Positions 1 through 10,518 of a DNA stretch of 64,000 bases are shown one piece after another. Made by a program: the position numbers and the translations under genes. The number at the start of each line of letters is the position of its first letter. Within the stretch, counting starts at the first letter, position 1. This DNA comes from an uncultured delta proteobacterium. Lineage in GTDB: Bacteria; Desulfobacterota; Syntrophorhabdia; Syntrophorhabdales; WCHB1-27. Location of the stretch: positions 1 to 64,000 of the forward strand of contig CAWEPK010000017.1 of the NCBI GenBank assembly GCA_963810935.1, given 5' to 3'. Below the pieces are notes generated by a model. The model was not told where the DNA came from, ran no database searches, and was given only the letters and a program-made list of their open reading frames with translations.

Positions 1-1863
1 ACGCTCTTGAAATGTTGATCCCTGAGAAGCAACTCCCAAGTATCGCCTCGGTCCTCAACTATCAATTGTATTTAATTGCATACAATGCTATACTCTTGCA
101 TGTATAAAAGAACCTCTCCTCAAGGAAAACTATTCGGCGTAGAAACCCAATTGACGTCCTCCTTGCGCAGCCGCCTCGAGTCCTCATGGGCTCATCTGTT
201 CCGACTGGAAGTTCTTCCACTATTGCTGAAGAACGAAGACCAGTATGCGATGCTCTACGGGACAACGGGCCGCCCCAATTTCAGCGTCGCCCGTCTTTTG
301 GGCCTGTGTCTCCTCCAGGAGTGGAACGACCTGAGCGACCAGGAAGCCCTCGACGCCTTCAGCTTCGACATCCGATGGCGGTATGCTTTGGACGTAAGCG
401 AAGAAGAAGATTATCTGTCCCGTCGGTCTTTAGTCGAGTTCCGCAGACGATTGGCTTCTAAGGACCCCGAGATGAAGTTGATCCGCAACATCTTCGACAG
501 CGTCAGGGATGCGGCAATAAAGAAGCTCGGCCTCTCTTCCGCCAACCAGCGGCTTGATTCCACTCATATCATCTCAAACATACGAATGCGCGGCAGACTG
601 GCCCTGTTCTCAAATACCCTCGATTTCTTTCTCAAAAGCCTGAATGAGGAGCAGTTTTCACGGGTCCCCCAATCACTGCAGGACTGGCATACGGCAGAAC
701 CAGAAGGCTGGTTCGGACTCGGCCTGGCCGAGCAGAAGGTCAAAGCGCAGGAACTGGCGCACTGCGTTTATGATCTTATTGTCCTGTTCAAGAAAGACGA
801 GGAGCTTACAGCGCTTGAGCCTTATCAACTGCTGAAGCGCCTTTTTTCCGAACAATGCGAGATCTCTTCAGACGAGCAGGTCCACGTCAAAAAGAAGAGC
901 GAAGGGCCTACGCTCCAATCTCCCTACGACCCGGATGCCTCGTACGGACATAAAGGAGGCGGTTACAGCCTCCATATTTCCGAGACGTGCAACAACTCCA
1001 AGATGGAGATGATCACCGACTATGAAGTGCACGGCGCCGCTCGCTCCGACAAGGGCAAAGCCGTCTCCGTCGTTGAACGCTTAGAGGCAGCCGGGCGTAA
1101 GCCGGAAGTCCTCTTCGCCGACGGCGGCTATCCTTCCGGTCCTTCTGCGTTAAAGGTCATAGAGCAGGGCATAGAATTCATGGCGCCCGTCAACCGCGTC
1201 AGACTAGCCGACGACGTTGTGGGAAGAGACCTTTTTGCCTTCGACTCAAAAGGCTTTGCGACCAAATGTCCCATGGGCCATAAGCCCATAGCTCATCGCA
1301 TCATGAGCGGCAACAACACGACTCGCCGTTCGCTCCATGCAGTCTTCGACGGAAAGACCTGCCGATCCTGCGCCATGCTCGACCGCTGTCCGGTACGGGC
1401 TCCGAACCACCGCGACAAGGGCTGCCAAGCCCGCGACACGGTCGGAAACTTTCGATTGGAGATCACGCCCGAGCTTCGCCTCAGAGACCGCATGTATTCG
1501 ATCCAGCAGACGACTGAATGGAAGGACCGCTACAAAATCAGAGCAGGGATCGAAGCGACGAACTCCGAATTGAAGCGAGCCCATGGGATCGGGAAGCTTC
1601 GGGTGCGCCGATGGACAAAGGTCTGCTTTGCCGTCGCCTGCAAGCTGACGGCCTGCAACATCAAGAGGTGGGCCAGGGCCTATCGGGCCCTGAGAAGGCT
1701 GTTGCGGGACTTTATGTTGCCTATTTCCATCCGCTTGCGGCCGTTTGCTCCGCCAGAGGGTCCCTTTTTCGAAGGAATGACCTTTTGCGCCCGCTTGCAG
1801 CCTTGAAGGCTGAGATCGTTCAAAAAAGGCCGTTGCTTCTCAGGAATCACATTTCAAGAACGT
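1..1863 (+). mobile_element. IS1182-family insertion sequence (left end slightly clipped by the window edge)
   Basis: Imperfect terminal inverted repeats: 1-33 ACGCTCTTGAAATGTTGATCCCTGAGAAGCAAC versus the reverse complement of 1832-1863, ACGTTCTTGAAATGTGATTCCTGAGAAGCAAC. They enclose a DDE transposase. Confidence 0.85.
100..1806 (+). CDS. IS1182/IS5-like DDE transposase (DUF772 N-terminus, DDE C-terminus)
   Basis: Motifs GRP..LLQ..LSD, RLDST, SPYDPDASY, ADGGY, CP.G and YKIRAGIEATNSELKR. The ORF is open from 76; ATG 100 is preferred because it follows TTGTAT-N17-TATACT. Confidence 0.85.
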   Translation: MYKRTSPQGKLFGVETQLTSSLRSRLESSWAHLFRLEVLPLLLKNEDQYAMLYGTTGRPNFSVARLLGLCLLQEWNDLSDQEALDAFSFDIRWRYALDVSEEEDYLSRRSLVEFRRRLASKDPEMKLIRNIFDSVRDAAIKKLGLSSANQRLDSTHIISNIRMRGRLALFSNTLDFFLKSLNEEQFSRVPQSLQDWHTAEPEGWFGLGLAEQKVKAQELAHCVYDLIVLFKKDEELTALEPYQLLKRLFSEQCEISSDEQVHVKKKSEGPTLQSPYDPDASYGHKGGGYSLHISETCNNSKMEMITDYEVHGAARSDKGKAVSVVERLEAAGRKPEVLFADGGYPSGPSALKVIEQGIEFMAPVNRVRLADDVVGRDLFAFDSKGFATKCPMGHKPIAHRIMSGNNTTRRSLHAVFDGKTCRSCAMLDRCPVRAPNHRDKGCQARDTVGNFRLEITPELRLRDRMYSIQQTTEWKDRYKIRAGIEATNSELKRAHGIGKLRVRRWTKVCFAVACKLTACNIKRWARAYRALRRLLRDFMLPISIRLRPFAPPEGPFFEGMTFCARLQP

Positions 1864-1915
1864 CCCCATGTTCCCATGTTGCCCCCGAGCGTCCCCATGT
1901 TGCCCCATGTTGCCC
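1861..1915 (+). repeat. Short tandem CCCATGTT(G) repeats abutting the IS right end
   Basis: Four CCCATGTT units; CGTCCCCATGTT occurs at 1861 and 1890. Confidence 0.7.
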
Positions 1916-1923
1916 TCCAAGTA

Positions 1924-3063
1924 TTAACCGTATTTGAGCGCGGTGCTCTGCCCGACCTCGATAATATAACCGTCAGGATCGCGGATGTAGCAGCGCGTCT
2001 CGCCGTACTTGGGGATCGGTTCCGTGATGAATTCGGCTCCTCGACTTTTCCATAATTCGTAGCACGCTTGAATATCCGCAACCCGGAGATTCAGAAAGCT
2101 GCTCATGTGGCCCGGGTCGGGTACGCTGAGCGTTACCGTCGGCTTGTCCGGCGTCGGCCCGCCCCCGACGTTTAAAATCATCCATATATTCGCGAGCTGA
2201 AGGTACCCAGGCGCGTTGCCGTCGCCCAGGCTCAGAATGCGAGCACCGAAGACCGTCTCATAATAGCGAGCCGATCGCTCGATGTCCTTCACGGTGAGAA
2301 AATGCGCGATGCTGATCCCCTCCCGCGGGGGCATTTCATAGCTCTTCTGTTCGATTTGTACGGCGTCCATTGACGACTCCGATTTCGATACAGTCATGAG
2401 CCTCAGAAGCGCTTGAGCCGCGGACGTCGATGACGCGGGGTTCTGGCCGGTGATGAGACGGCCGTCAGTGATGACAAACGGCTGCCAGTCCGCCTTCTTC
2501 TCAAATATGGCGCCGAGCCGCAGCAGTTCATCTTCGACCAGGAACGGCACAACTTTCGTAAGCTGCATCTCCACTTCCTCGCCATTCGTGAAACCAGTGA
2601 CGTGTTTTCCCTTCACCAGCGGAGCGCCCTGGTAAGTGACGTGGCGGAGCACCCCGGGAGAATGGCACACCAATGCGATCGGCTTGCCTGAATTGTAAAA
2701 GGCCTCCAGAAGAGCGATCGACGTTGGGCTTTCCGCGAGATCCCACATCGGGCCGTGGCCGCCAGGATAGAAAACGGTGTCGAACTCCTCCGCCTTCACG
2801 TCCGCAAGTTTGACCGTGTTGGCGAGAGCCTTTTGCGCCGCCGCATCCTTCTTGAAGCGTGCCATGGCCTCGGTCTGATTTTCCGGCAGATCGCTCTTTG
2901 GATCGAGCGGTGGCTGCCCGCCTTTCGGTGAGGCGAGTGTTAACTCGACCCCGGCGTCTCTGAAAACAAAGTAGGGGGCCGCAAATTCCTCCAGCCAAAA
3001 ACCCGTTGGGCGGCCGGTGTTGCCAAGTTGGTCGTGCGACGTTAGTACCATCGCAAGCTTCAT
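1924..3063 (-). CDS. DJ-1/PfpI (Hsp31/glyoxalase III-like) domain fused to a VOC/glyoxalase domain
   Basis: N-terminus has TGFWLEEFAAPY, PGGHGPMWDL, VCHSPG and ITGQNPAS. C-terminus has HFLTVKDIERSARYY...RCYIRDPDGYIIEV. Confidence 0.85.
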   Translation of the reverse strand: MKLAMVLTSHDQLGNTGRPTGFWLEEFAAPYFVFRDAGVELTLASPKGGQPPLDPKSDLPENQTEAMARFKKDAAAQKALANTVKLADVKAEEFDTVFYPGGHGPMWDLAESPTSIALLEAFYNSGKPIALVCHSPGVLRHVTYQGAPLVKGKHVTGFTNGEEVEMQLTKVVPFLVEDELLRLGAIFEKKADWQPFVITDGRLITGQNPASSTSAAQALLRLMTVSKSESSMDAVQIEQKSYEMPPREGISIAHFLTVKDIERSARYYETVFGARILSLGDGNAPGYLQLANIWMILNVGGGPTPDKPTVTLSVPDPGHMSSFLNLRVADIQACYELWKSRGAEFITEPIPKYGETRCYIRDPDGYIIEVGQSTALKYG

Positions 3064-3483
3064 TGTTTTACCCTCCTTTCTTATCAGTTTTTCCTCTTCC
3101 CATACTTAAGGCAGCCGGGATATTGGCCGTGCCCACCGTATCCCCGTTCACCGCTTCTGGTACGGGTGAAAAATTAATCTTTTGCCTGTACTATCGTATG
3201 ACACTTGTACCCGCAGTTGTTGCCGCTCCCATCGGGCGTGAACGTGTCGGACGCGGCGTTATAGTTAGACAGGGCGTATCCTTACCTTTTATCTCCCCCC
3301 GCCTTGTGCGGCGGGCCTATGTAGGGAAACCCGGCGAGAAGCTTCAATGGGGCTAACATAACCATCTTTCCCGTGAATTCAAGATTGGCGGGAATTAGGA
3401 ATCTGTCACGAAATACTTCATTCCCACGGAGTCGCTGCCCTCTTTGACGGGCGCGCACTGCGCCCCTTAAAGGGCCGTCCGCA

Positions 3484-3512
3484 TTGACTAATTGCCTGAT
3501 ATCCATTATGAT
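3484..3512 (+). promoter_or_regulatory. Sigma70-type promoter of the ffh operon
   Basis: TTGACT(3484)-N17-TATGAT(3507), 7 nt before the ffh ATG. Confidence 0.7.
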
Positions 3513-3519
3513 ATGACAT

Positions 3520-4851
3520 ATGTTCGAAAAACTACAGGAACGCCTCGACGCCGTATTCAAGAAGGTCAAGGGGTACGGAAAACTTAGTGAGGCCAACGTA
3601 AAAGAGTCCCTTCGGGAGGTGCGCGTAGCCCTTCTGGAAGCCGACGTCAATTACAAGGTCGCCAGGGACTTCCTCGACAAAGTGAAAGAAAAGGCCATGG
3701 GGGAGGATGTGATGAGCAGCATCACCCCCGGCCAGAAATTCATCAAGATTGTATACGACGAGATGTGCAGCCTCCTCGGCGAGACGAACAAGCCGCTCGA
3801 TGTTGCCGGGTCGCCGCCCGTCCCCGTGATGCTCCTCGGGCTTCAGGGGTCCGGCAAGACGACCACCGCCGGGAAGCTGGCGATCTACCTGCGGAAAAAA
3901 GGGCGTAAGCCCCTTCTCGTCCCTACCGACGTTTACAGGCCGGCAGCCATCGAGCAGCTTACCAAGATCGGCAGCCAGATAGGCGTGGAGGCCTTTGCCC
4001 CCGCCTCCGGCACGGACCCCGTCCAGATCTGCCGGGACGCTAAGGCGTACGCGATGAAGCACGGCTTCGACACGCTCATCGTCGATACAGCCGGCAGGCT
4101 CCATATCGACGAGGCGATGGTGCAGGAGCTCGTTAAGCAAAAGGCCTTCCTCTCGCCGAGGGAGACGCTCCTGGTCGTAGACGCCATGACCGGTCAGGAC
4201 GCGGTCAATATAGCCAAGGCGTTCGACGAGAAGGTAGCCATCGACGGCGTCGTGCTCACCAAGCTCGACGGCGACGCGAGGGGCGGCGCAGCCCTGTCCG
4301 TCCGGGCGGTTACCGGAAAATACATAAAGTTCATCGGCGTAGGGGAAAAGCTCGACGCCCTGGAGCCCTTCCACCCGGACAGGATGGCATCCCGTATCCT
4401 CGGCATGGGCGACGTCGTCTCATTGGTCGAGAAGGCCCAGGAGGTCTTCGACGAGAAGAAGGCGAAGGAGTTCGAGCGCAAGCTGCGCAAGGACGAGTTC
4501 TCCCTGGAAGACTTCAAAGAGCAGCTCAAGCAGATGAAGAAGATAGGCAGCATGGAGTCGATCCTCGGCATGATCCCGGGCTTGGGCAGCAAGCTCAAAG
4601 GGGCCATTGATTTTTCGGAGGCCGAGAAGGAGATGAAGCGCACGGAGGCGATCATAAATTCCATGACGCCCAAGGAGCGCCTCTACCCTCACCTGCTCGA
4701 CGGCTCGCGCAGGGTGCGGATAGCCAAAGGCAGCGGGATGCGCGTGCAGGACGTGAACGACCTTTTGAAGCGCTACCTCGAAGCCAAAAAAATGATAAAG
4801 AGATTCACGAAGGGAGGCATGAAGGGCCTCCCGAAACAACTATTCAGATAG
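3520..4851 (+). CDS. ffh: Signal recognition particle protein
   Basis: ALLEADV, GLQGSGKTT, DTAGR, TKLDGDARGG and the M domain. Confidence 0.98.
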   Translation: MFEKLQERLDAVFKKVKGYGKLSEANVKESLREVRVALLEADVNYKVARDFLDKVKEKAMGEDVMSSITPGQKFIKIVYDEMCSLLGETNKPLDVAGSPPVPVMLLGLQGSGKTTTAGKLAIYLRKKGRKPLLVPTDVYRPAAIEQLTKIGSQIGVEAFAPASGTDPVQICRDAKAYAMKHGFDTLIVDTAGRLHIDEAMVQELVKQKAFLSPRETLLVVDAMTGQDAVNIAKAFDEKVAIDGVVLTKLDGDARGGAALSVRAVTGKYIKFIGVGEKLDALEPFHPDRMASRILGMGDVVSLVEKAQEVFDEKKAKEFERKLRKDEFSLEDFKEQLKQMKKIGSMESILGMIPGLGSKLKGAIDFSEAEKEMKRTEAIINSMTPKERLYPHLLDGSRRVRIAKGSGMRVQDVNDLLKRYLEAKKMIKRFTKGGMKGLPKQLFR

Positions 4852-4860
4852 GAGGCAGGA

Positions 4861-5121
4861 TTGGCGGTAAAATTCAGACTCACTCGGCATGGAGCTAAAA
4901 AGAAACCGTATTACAGGATCGTAGTGGCGGACGAACGGTATCCGAGGGACGGAAAGTTCCTGGAGATGGTGGGTACTTATAACTGCCTGGTGGACCCTTT
5001 CGAGGTCAAGCTCAATAAAGAAAGGATAGCCGCCTGGTATGAGAAAGGGGTGAGGCCTACAAAGACGGTCGAGGCGCTCTTTAAACGGGAGGGGGTCCTG
5101 AAGACTGACATAACAGCCTAA
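4861..5121 (+). CDS. rpsP: 30S ribosomal protein S16
   Basis: [16 protein letters not shown]; synteny. Confidence 0.97.
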   Translation: MAVKFRLTRHGAKKKPYYRIVVADERYPRDGKFLEMVGTYNCLVDPFEVKLNKERIAAWYEKGVRPTKTVEALFKREGVLKTDITA

Positions 5122-5140
5122 TTCTTCCGGAGGTGGAGCC

Positions 5141-5374
5141 GTGTTAAAACAACTCATCGAGTACATCGCCAAGGCTCTTGTCGACGACCCTGACCACGTG
5201 AAAGTTTCGGAGATCGAAGGTGAGAAGACGTCCGTTATTGAGCTGAGCGTCGCCAAGGATGACCTGGGCAAGGTCATCGGCAAGCAGGGGCGGACGGCCA
5301 GGGCAATGAGGACGATCTTAAGCGCAGCGTCCACGAAGATAAAAAAGCGGGCCGTTCTGGAAATCATCGAATGA
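5141..5374 (+). CDS. khpA: KH-domain RNA-binding protein
   Basis: [17 protein letters not shown]; lies between rpsP and rimM. Confidence 0.93.
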   Translation: MLKQLIEYIAKALVDDPDHVKVSEIEGEKTSVIELSVAKDDLGKVIGKQGRTARAMRTILSAASTKIKKRAVLEIIE

Positions 5375-5871
5375 AGCTCGTTCCGGTGGGGCAGCTTACG
5401 GCTGCCCACGGGTTAAAAGGAGAGTTAAGACTCAGGTACTATAACGAAGGCGGCGACGCTCCCTTACGGTATCCCTCGTTTTTCGTCGAAGACAACGGCA
5501 AGGAGATAGAGCTTAAGCCCGCTGAAGTACGTACCCACCAAAAGCAGTTCCTCATAAAATTCAAAGGGCTGGAAGGCGCGGACGCAATCCGCTTCCTCAT
5601 AGGGAAAGAGGTCTTCGTGAGGGAAGAGGACCTTCCGCCCCCGGAAGAAGGCGAATACTACGATTACCGGCTCATCGGCCTCCAGGCGGTCACGGTAGAC
5701 GGCCGCAGGCTCGGGGAAGTAAAGGAAGTCATGCACACGAGGGCGAACGATATACTTGTGGTAGGGGACGCGCCCGACGAGCACCTTGTCCCCATGACAG
5801 CAGACTACATCATTAAAATCGACATCGAAGCCGGCCTCGCGCAAGTAAGAATAGAAGGCTTGGTTGAATGA
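5371..5871 (+). CDS. rimM: 16S rRNA processing protein RimM
   Basis: HGLKGE, LP..EEGEYY, ANDIL; synteny. Confidence 0.95.
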   Translation: MKLVPVGQLTAAHGLKGELRLRYYNEGGDAPLRYPSFFVEDNGKEIELKPAEVRTHQKQFLIKFKGLEGADAIRFLIGKEVFVREEDLPPPEEGEYYDYRLIGLQAVTVDGRRLGEVKEVMHTRANDILVVGDAPDEHLVPMTADYIIKIDIEAGLAQVRIEGLVE

Positions 5872-5888
5872 CCCTGGCGGCATTTCAT

Positions 5889-5968
5889 AAAGCAAGCGAA
5901 TGCGCCGCGCCGAGGGGGGTGGCTCCATGCTGCTTTGCCGCTGGAGGGGGCGCTGAGCCCCAATAATG
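5889..5968 (+). repeat. Dispersed ~80-bp hairpin repeat (family B), copy 1
   Basis: AAAGCAAGCG...GGGGTGGCTCC-stem-CTTTGC-stem-GGAGGGGG.GCTGAGCCCCAATAATG; homologous to 28161-28303 and 57013-57114. Confidence 0.85.
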
Positions 5969-6697
5969 ATCTTTACCGTCCTTACCCTGTTCCCCGCCAT
6001 GCTCGAATCCTTCCTGGACGAAAGCCTCATCAAGAAGGCGCGGGATAAGGGCCTTCTCCAGTTTAACGTAATGAACATAAGGGATTTCGCCACCGATATA
6101 CACCACACCTGCGACGACGCGCCCTTCGGCGGCGGCGCCGGCATGGTGATGAAGGTGGAGCCGATACACGGGGCCATGGAGCACGTCCGCACGCAGACGC
6201 CCGGCGCGCGCTTCGCCCTTTTGACGCCCCACGGCAGGATGTTCGACCAGAACGCTGCAACCGGGCTTGCCCGCCTGCCCCACCTCGCCCTGATATGCGG
6301 GCGGTACGAGGGCGTAGACGAGCGCGTGTCCGAGCTTGTGGACGACGAGATATCCATAGGCGATTACGTCCTGTCAGGCGGCGAGGCCGCGGCACTGGTC
6401 GTGATCGACGCAGTCGCAAGGCTCATCCCCGGCGTCCTGGGCAATGAAGAATCCCCGTCCGACGAGAGCTTCCACGAGGGCCTGCTGGAGTATCCCCAGT
6501 ACACGAGACCAAGGGAATATATGGGCAGGGCCGTGCCGGACGCCCTGCTGTCCGGAAACCACGAGGAAATACGGCGCTGGCGCAGAAAGGAGTCCCTCAA
6601 AAGGACGGTCCTGCGGCGGCCCGACCTGATGGAGCGCTTCCAGCCGGAGCCTGAGGATGTGAAGCTCCTGCGCTCCGTCATGGACGAGATCGATTAA
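5966..6697 (+). CDS. trmD: tRNA (guanine-N1)-methyltransferase
   Basis: [44 protein letters not shown]. Confidence 0.98.
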   Translation: MIFTVLTLFPAMLESFLDESLIKKARDKGLLQFNVMNIRDFATDIHHTCDDAPFGGGAGMVMKVEPIHGAMEHVRTQTPGARFALLTPHGRMFDQNAATGLARLPHLALICGRYEGVDERVSELVDDEISIGDYVLSGGEAAALVVIDAVARLIPGVLGNEESPSDESFHEGLLEYPQYTRPREYMGRAVPDALLSGNHEEIRRWRRKESLKRTVLRRPDLMERFQPEPEDVKLLRSVMDEID

Positions 6698-6698
6698 C

Positions 6699-7262
6699 AT
6701 GGGCGCTGTCTCCATCGCAATCGTCCATTATCCGATAGTCGACAAGCGGGGCGACATCGTGGCGACGAGCATCTCCAATCTGGAGATCCACGACGCCGCT
6801 AGAAGTTGCATGACATTCGGCGTTGAATTATGCTATATTGTGACGCCTCTGGAAAGGCAGAAGGGGATAGCGGAGAGGCTTGCCCTTCACTGGAAGGAAG
6901 GCTACGGGCGGCAATACAACCCGCACAGGGCCGAGGCGCTTGAAAAAGTCTGCATCAGGGACAGCGTCGGCGACGTCATGTCCGATTTCCAGGGGAAGGA
7001 CCCGGTGGTCATAGGCACCTCGTCCAGGATAAGGGACGTCTCCATCGGGTATGACGCGTTAAGGGACTGGATAAAGACGGACCCCAGGCCGTTCCTTTTG
7101 CTTTTCGGGACGGGATGGGGACTGCCGGCCGATATAGTCGACGCCTGTGAAAGGACGCTTTTGCCGGTCAGGGGGCAGGGAGATTATAACCACCTTTCCC
7201 TGCGGGTAGCCATCGGCATCATTCTGGACAGGCTGTTCGGCATGCGTATGGAAGCTTCATAA
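6699..7262 (+). CDS. SPOUT-family RNA methyltransferase (DUF2168-like)
   Basis: VHYP, LLFGTGWGL and YNHLSLRVA; typically follows trmD. Confidence 0.85.
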   Translation: MGAVSIAIVHYPIVDKRGDIVATSISNLEIHDAARSCMTFGVELCYIVTPLERQKGIAERLALHWKEGYGRQYNPHRAEALEKVCIRDSVGDVMSDFQGKDPVVIGTSSRIRDVSIGYDALRDWIKTDPRPFLLLFGTGWGLPADIVDACERTLLPVRGQGDYNHLSLRVAIGIILDRLFGMRMEAS

Positions 7263-7353
7263 AGACCATAAAAGGGAGAAACCGGAAAGAAACGGCCTTT
7301 GCCGGCCTTTCCCGTTCGCGGGGCAGGCCGCCCGGTAATCGCAGGAGGTTAAG

Positions 7354-7701
7354 ATGAACGAGACCATCGACTTGATTGAAAAGGAACACATGAGGCTTGA
7401 CCTCATCGAAGTAGGGGTCGGGGACAGCGTAAAGGTCTTCACGAAGATTTACGAGGGCGACAAAGAGCGGATCCAGATGTTCGAAGGCGTGGTGATCGGC
7501 AAAAGGGGTGGAAACACCAGGGCCACATTCACCGTCCGCAAGGTCTCCTACGGCGTAGGGATCGAGAAGACGTTCCCGAAGCATTCGCCCCTTATCGAGC
7601 GTATCGAGGTGCTCAGCAAGGCGAAGATACGCAGGGGCAAGCTGTACTACCTGCGGAATCTCAAAGGGAAGGCTGCCAAGCTTAAAGAAAAAAGGGATTA
7701 G
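7354..7701 (+). CDS. rplS: 50S ribosomal protein L19
   Basis: [36 protein letters not shown]. Confidence 0.98.
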   Translation: MNETIDLIEKEHMRLDLIEVGVGDSVKVFTKIYEGDKERIQMFEGVVIGKRGGNTRATFTVRKVSYGVGIEKTFPKHSPLIERIEVLSKAKIRRGKLYYLRNLKGKAAKLKEKRD

Positions 7702-8285
7702 TGAGCTGCGCCCTCACAGGCCTGGTGGCCGGCCTCGATGAAGCGGGGCGCGCGCCCCTAGCCGGCCCGGTAGTGTCCGCCTGCGTCATCTGGGACGGTC
7801 CGCCGCCGGAGAATCACGAGGGCGTCAACGACTCGAAGCTACTGACCGGGAAACAGAGGGAATATCTTTTCGGCTGGATCCATGAGAACGCATACAGGGT
7901 TGGCGTGGGGATCGCAAGCAACGACGAGATAGAAAAGCTCAACATCCACCATGCCTCGCTCCTTTCGATGGAAAGGGCGGTGGCTGCGACTGCCGTTTCC
8001 CCCGGTCTCGTCCTCGTGGACGGCCTCTTCCCGCTTAAAGAACGGGCAGGCTCCGTGGCGGTCGTCAAGGGGGACCGGAAGTGCTTTTACATCGCCTGCG
8101 CCTCGATCATAGCCAAAGTTCACCGGGACCGCATGATGGTCGCCTACGACGCCGACTACCCGCAATACCAATGGAAGAAAAACAAGGGCTATCCGACGCC
8201 CGAGCATAAGCAGGCCATCCTTGACTACGGCATTACGCCGCTCCACAGGAAGACGTTCAGAGGCGTAAAGGAGATAGCCGGTTGA
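7701..8285 (+). CDS. rnhB: Ribonuclease HII
   Basis: GLDEAGR, DSKLL, ASIIAKV.RD, KGYPT..H. Confidence 0.95.
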   Translation: MSCALTGLVAGLDEAGRAPLAGPVVSACVIWDGPPPENHEGVNDSKLLTGKQREYLFGWIHENAYRVGVGIASNDEIEKLNIHHASLLSMERAVAATAVSPGLVLVDGLFPLKERAGSVAVVKGDRKCFYIACASIIAKVHRDRMMVAYDADYPQYQWKKNKGYPTPEHKQAILDYGITPLHRKTFRGVKEIAG

Positions 8286-8638
8286 GCAACCGTGAAGAAG
8301 GCCAGACAGGGGAAGATGAGGCAGTCAAGGCCCTGAAGCGCAAGGGTTACAAGATCGTGGAGAGAAATTACAGGACTAGGCTCGGCGAGATCGACGTAGT
8401 GGCGGAAGAAAGCGGCTGTCTCGTCTTCGTCGAAGTGAAAAAAAGAAATACCGGCCTCTTCGGAGAGGCCGTCTGCGCGATCGACGAGCGCAAGAAAAAG
8501 CACATGGTGAGCGCGGCCCTATATTATATGAAAACCCACGAGGCATTCGGAAGGCGCATCCGCTTCGACGTGCTCGGCATCGACTCGGGCAAGATGAAGC
8601 TCGTAAAAGGCGCGTTTATGGTGGAAGACCATGGATGA
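8282..8638 (+). CDS. yraN: YraN/UPF0102 family PD-(D/E)XK protein
   Basis: RNYRTRLGEIDVVA, VFVEVK, RFDV. Confidence 0.92.
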   Translation: MSNREEGQTGEDEAVKALKRKGYKIVERNYRTRLGEIDVVAEESGCLVFVEVKKRNTGLFGEAVCAIDERKKKHMVSAALYYMKTHEAFGRRIRFDVLGIDSGKMKLVKGAFMVEDHG

Positions 8639-9371
8639 CAGGATACTCGCCCTGCTGAAGCGCGTCGCAGAAGGCAGCGTATCGGCGGATGCGGCCTTTC
8701 AGGACTTGAAGGACATATCTTTTCTGGACCTGGAGCACACGAAGATCGACATCCACAGGCAGCTCCGCAAAGGCGTCCAGGAAGTCATTTTCGGCGAGGG
8801 TAAGACCTTCGAGCAGATATGCGACATCGTCCGCTCGATGCAGGAGAAAGAGATCGACGTCCTCGCCACGCGGATCGACGCCGAAAAAGGCAAGCGCCTG
8901 GCAGCGGCCTTCAGCGAAGGCGCCTACGTTGAGAAAGCCCGCTGCTTCATAATCAAAAAAGATGCGACCATAAGGGGCAAGGGCCTGATACTCGTCATTT
9001 CGGCCGGGACGAGCGACATCCCCGTTGCCGAGGAGGCATACCTCGTCTCCGATTTCTTCGGCAACGAGACACAGAAGCTCTACGACGTCGGCGTTGCCGG
9101 CATCCACCGCCTCTTCCACAGCATGGACCTTTTGAAAAAAGCGCGGGTGATCATCGTCGCGGCAGGCATGGAAGGCGCCTTGCCGTCCATCGTCGCAGGT
9201 CTGGTGGGAGTGCCCGTCATCGCGGTGCCGACGAGCATCGGCTACGGGGCGAGCCTCGGCGGCCTGTCCGCGCTTCTGGCCATGCTCAACTCGTGCTCGA
9301 CGGTAGCGGTTTTCAATATCGACAACGGCTTCGGCGCGGCCTATTTCGCCACACTTATCAACCGCCTATGA
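8631..9371 (+). CDS. larB: Nickel pincer cofactor biosynthesis protein LarB
   Basis: EVIFGEGK, AGTSDIPVAEEA, DVGVAG.HRL, AGMEGALPS, AVPTSIGYG, NIDNGFGA. Confidence 0.93.
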   Translation: MDDRILALLKRVAEGSVSADAAFQDLKDISFLDLEHTKIDIHRQLRKGVQEVIFGEGKTFEQICDIVRSMQEKEIDVLATRIDAEKGKRLAAAFSEGAYVEKARCFIIKKDATIRGKGLILVISAGTSDIPVAEEAYLVSDFFGNETQKLYDVGVAGIHRLFHSMDLLKKARVIIVAAGMEGALPSIVAGLVGVPVIAVPTSIGYGASLGGLSALLAMLNSCSTVAVFNIDNGFGAAYFATLINRL

Positions 9372-10518
9372 AAGTACTCTACCTCGACCCGGTTTTGGGC
9401 ATCAGCGGCGACATGACCATAAGCGCCCTCGTGGACGCGGGCTGCCCGCTCGATACACTGACCGGGCTGCTCGCGCAGCTTCCCGTCGATATTCCCGAGA
9501 TCACGACCGAAAAAAAGCGCCACGGCTCAATCGAAGGGACGCACCTTTTGATCGGCCCTTCCGACCTCCACCTGTCCGTAGGGGACATGCGGCGGATGAT
9601 CGACGGTCTCGACACGGAAGACCGCGTCAAGGCGGACGCGCTTTCGATCCTCGACATCGTCGTTGAAGCGGAAGCCAAGGTCCACGGGATGCCGAAGGAT
9701 AAGGTACATTTCCACGAGCTTTCGCATATCGACACAGTCATCGACATCGTCTGCGTCGCCCGCGCAATCGCCCACTTTTCCATAGACAGGGTCTTCGCGG
9801 GCCCCATCCCGGTAGGCAGGGGCTACGTTAAGACGGCCCACGGGATCATGCCGAACCCGCCGCCCGCCACGACCGAGCTGCTCATGGGTTTCCAGGTGGT
9901 CTTTCATGGATGAGGAGCTTGAGCTGACGACGCCGACGGGCGCCGCGATTGTGCGCCATTACGTAAAAAGCCAGGCGCGCGTCCCCTTCACGGTCCTCGC
10001 CCACGGGTGCGGCTTCGGCACCTACGAGACGGAGCGGCCGAACGTCCTGCGCGCATTTCTCGGCGAGACGGCCGACGCCGGGGCAGACGATGAGGTATGG
10101 GTGATAGAGGCCGACATGGACGACATGGAGACGGAGTATATGGGCGCAGTGGCGGACAGGCTCAGGGCTCGCCGGGGCCTTGGACGTCCTCTACTTCCCC
10201 GTGCAGATGAAGAAAGGCCGCTCGGGCGTGCGCCTCTCGGTACTTACGCCTGCTGCCGGCATCGGCGCAATGACGGACGCGATCTTCAGCGAGACATCGA
10301 CCTTCGGCGTCAGGATGCGCCGCGAGCACAGGACGGTCCTCGCCAGGAAGGAAGAGGTAGTGCAGACGTCTTTCGGCCCGGTGCGCGTGAAGCGGGGTTA
10401 CGACAGGCAGGGGCGGTGCGTCAAGACCCATCTCGAATTCGAAGAGGTGAAGGCTATCGCGGACGAGCTGAAAAGGCCTTACAGGGAGCTACTGGAGGCC
10501 CTTAAGAAAGAACTTTAG
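9368..10518 (+). CDS. larC: Nickel insertase LarC, split by two +1 frameshifts (~9905 and ~10166)
   Basis: GISGDM, HFHE and AHG..P.P.PAT in frame 1; TTPTGAAI and NVLR in frame 2; MKKGR and ETSTFGVR in frame 3. Confidence 0.85.

Noticed and set aside
3300..3470. SRP RNA or 6S RNA upstream of ffh
   Set aside because: Some hairpin potential, but no SRP domain IV motif or convincing 6S architecture; needs an Rfam scan.
9368..10518. Programmed ribosomal frameshift in larC, as in Lactobacillus larC1/larC2
   Set aside because: There are two breaks, neither at the expected domain boundary nor at an obvious slippery site; similar indels occur in tmk and glgC.
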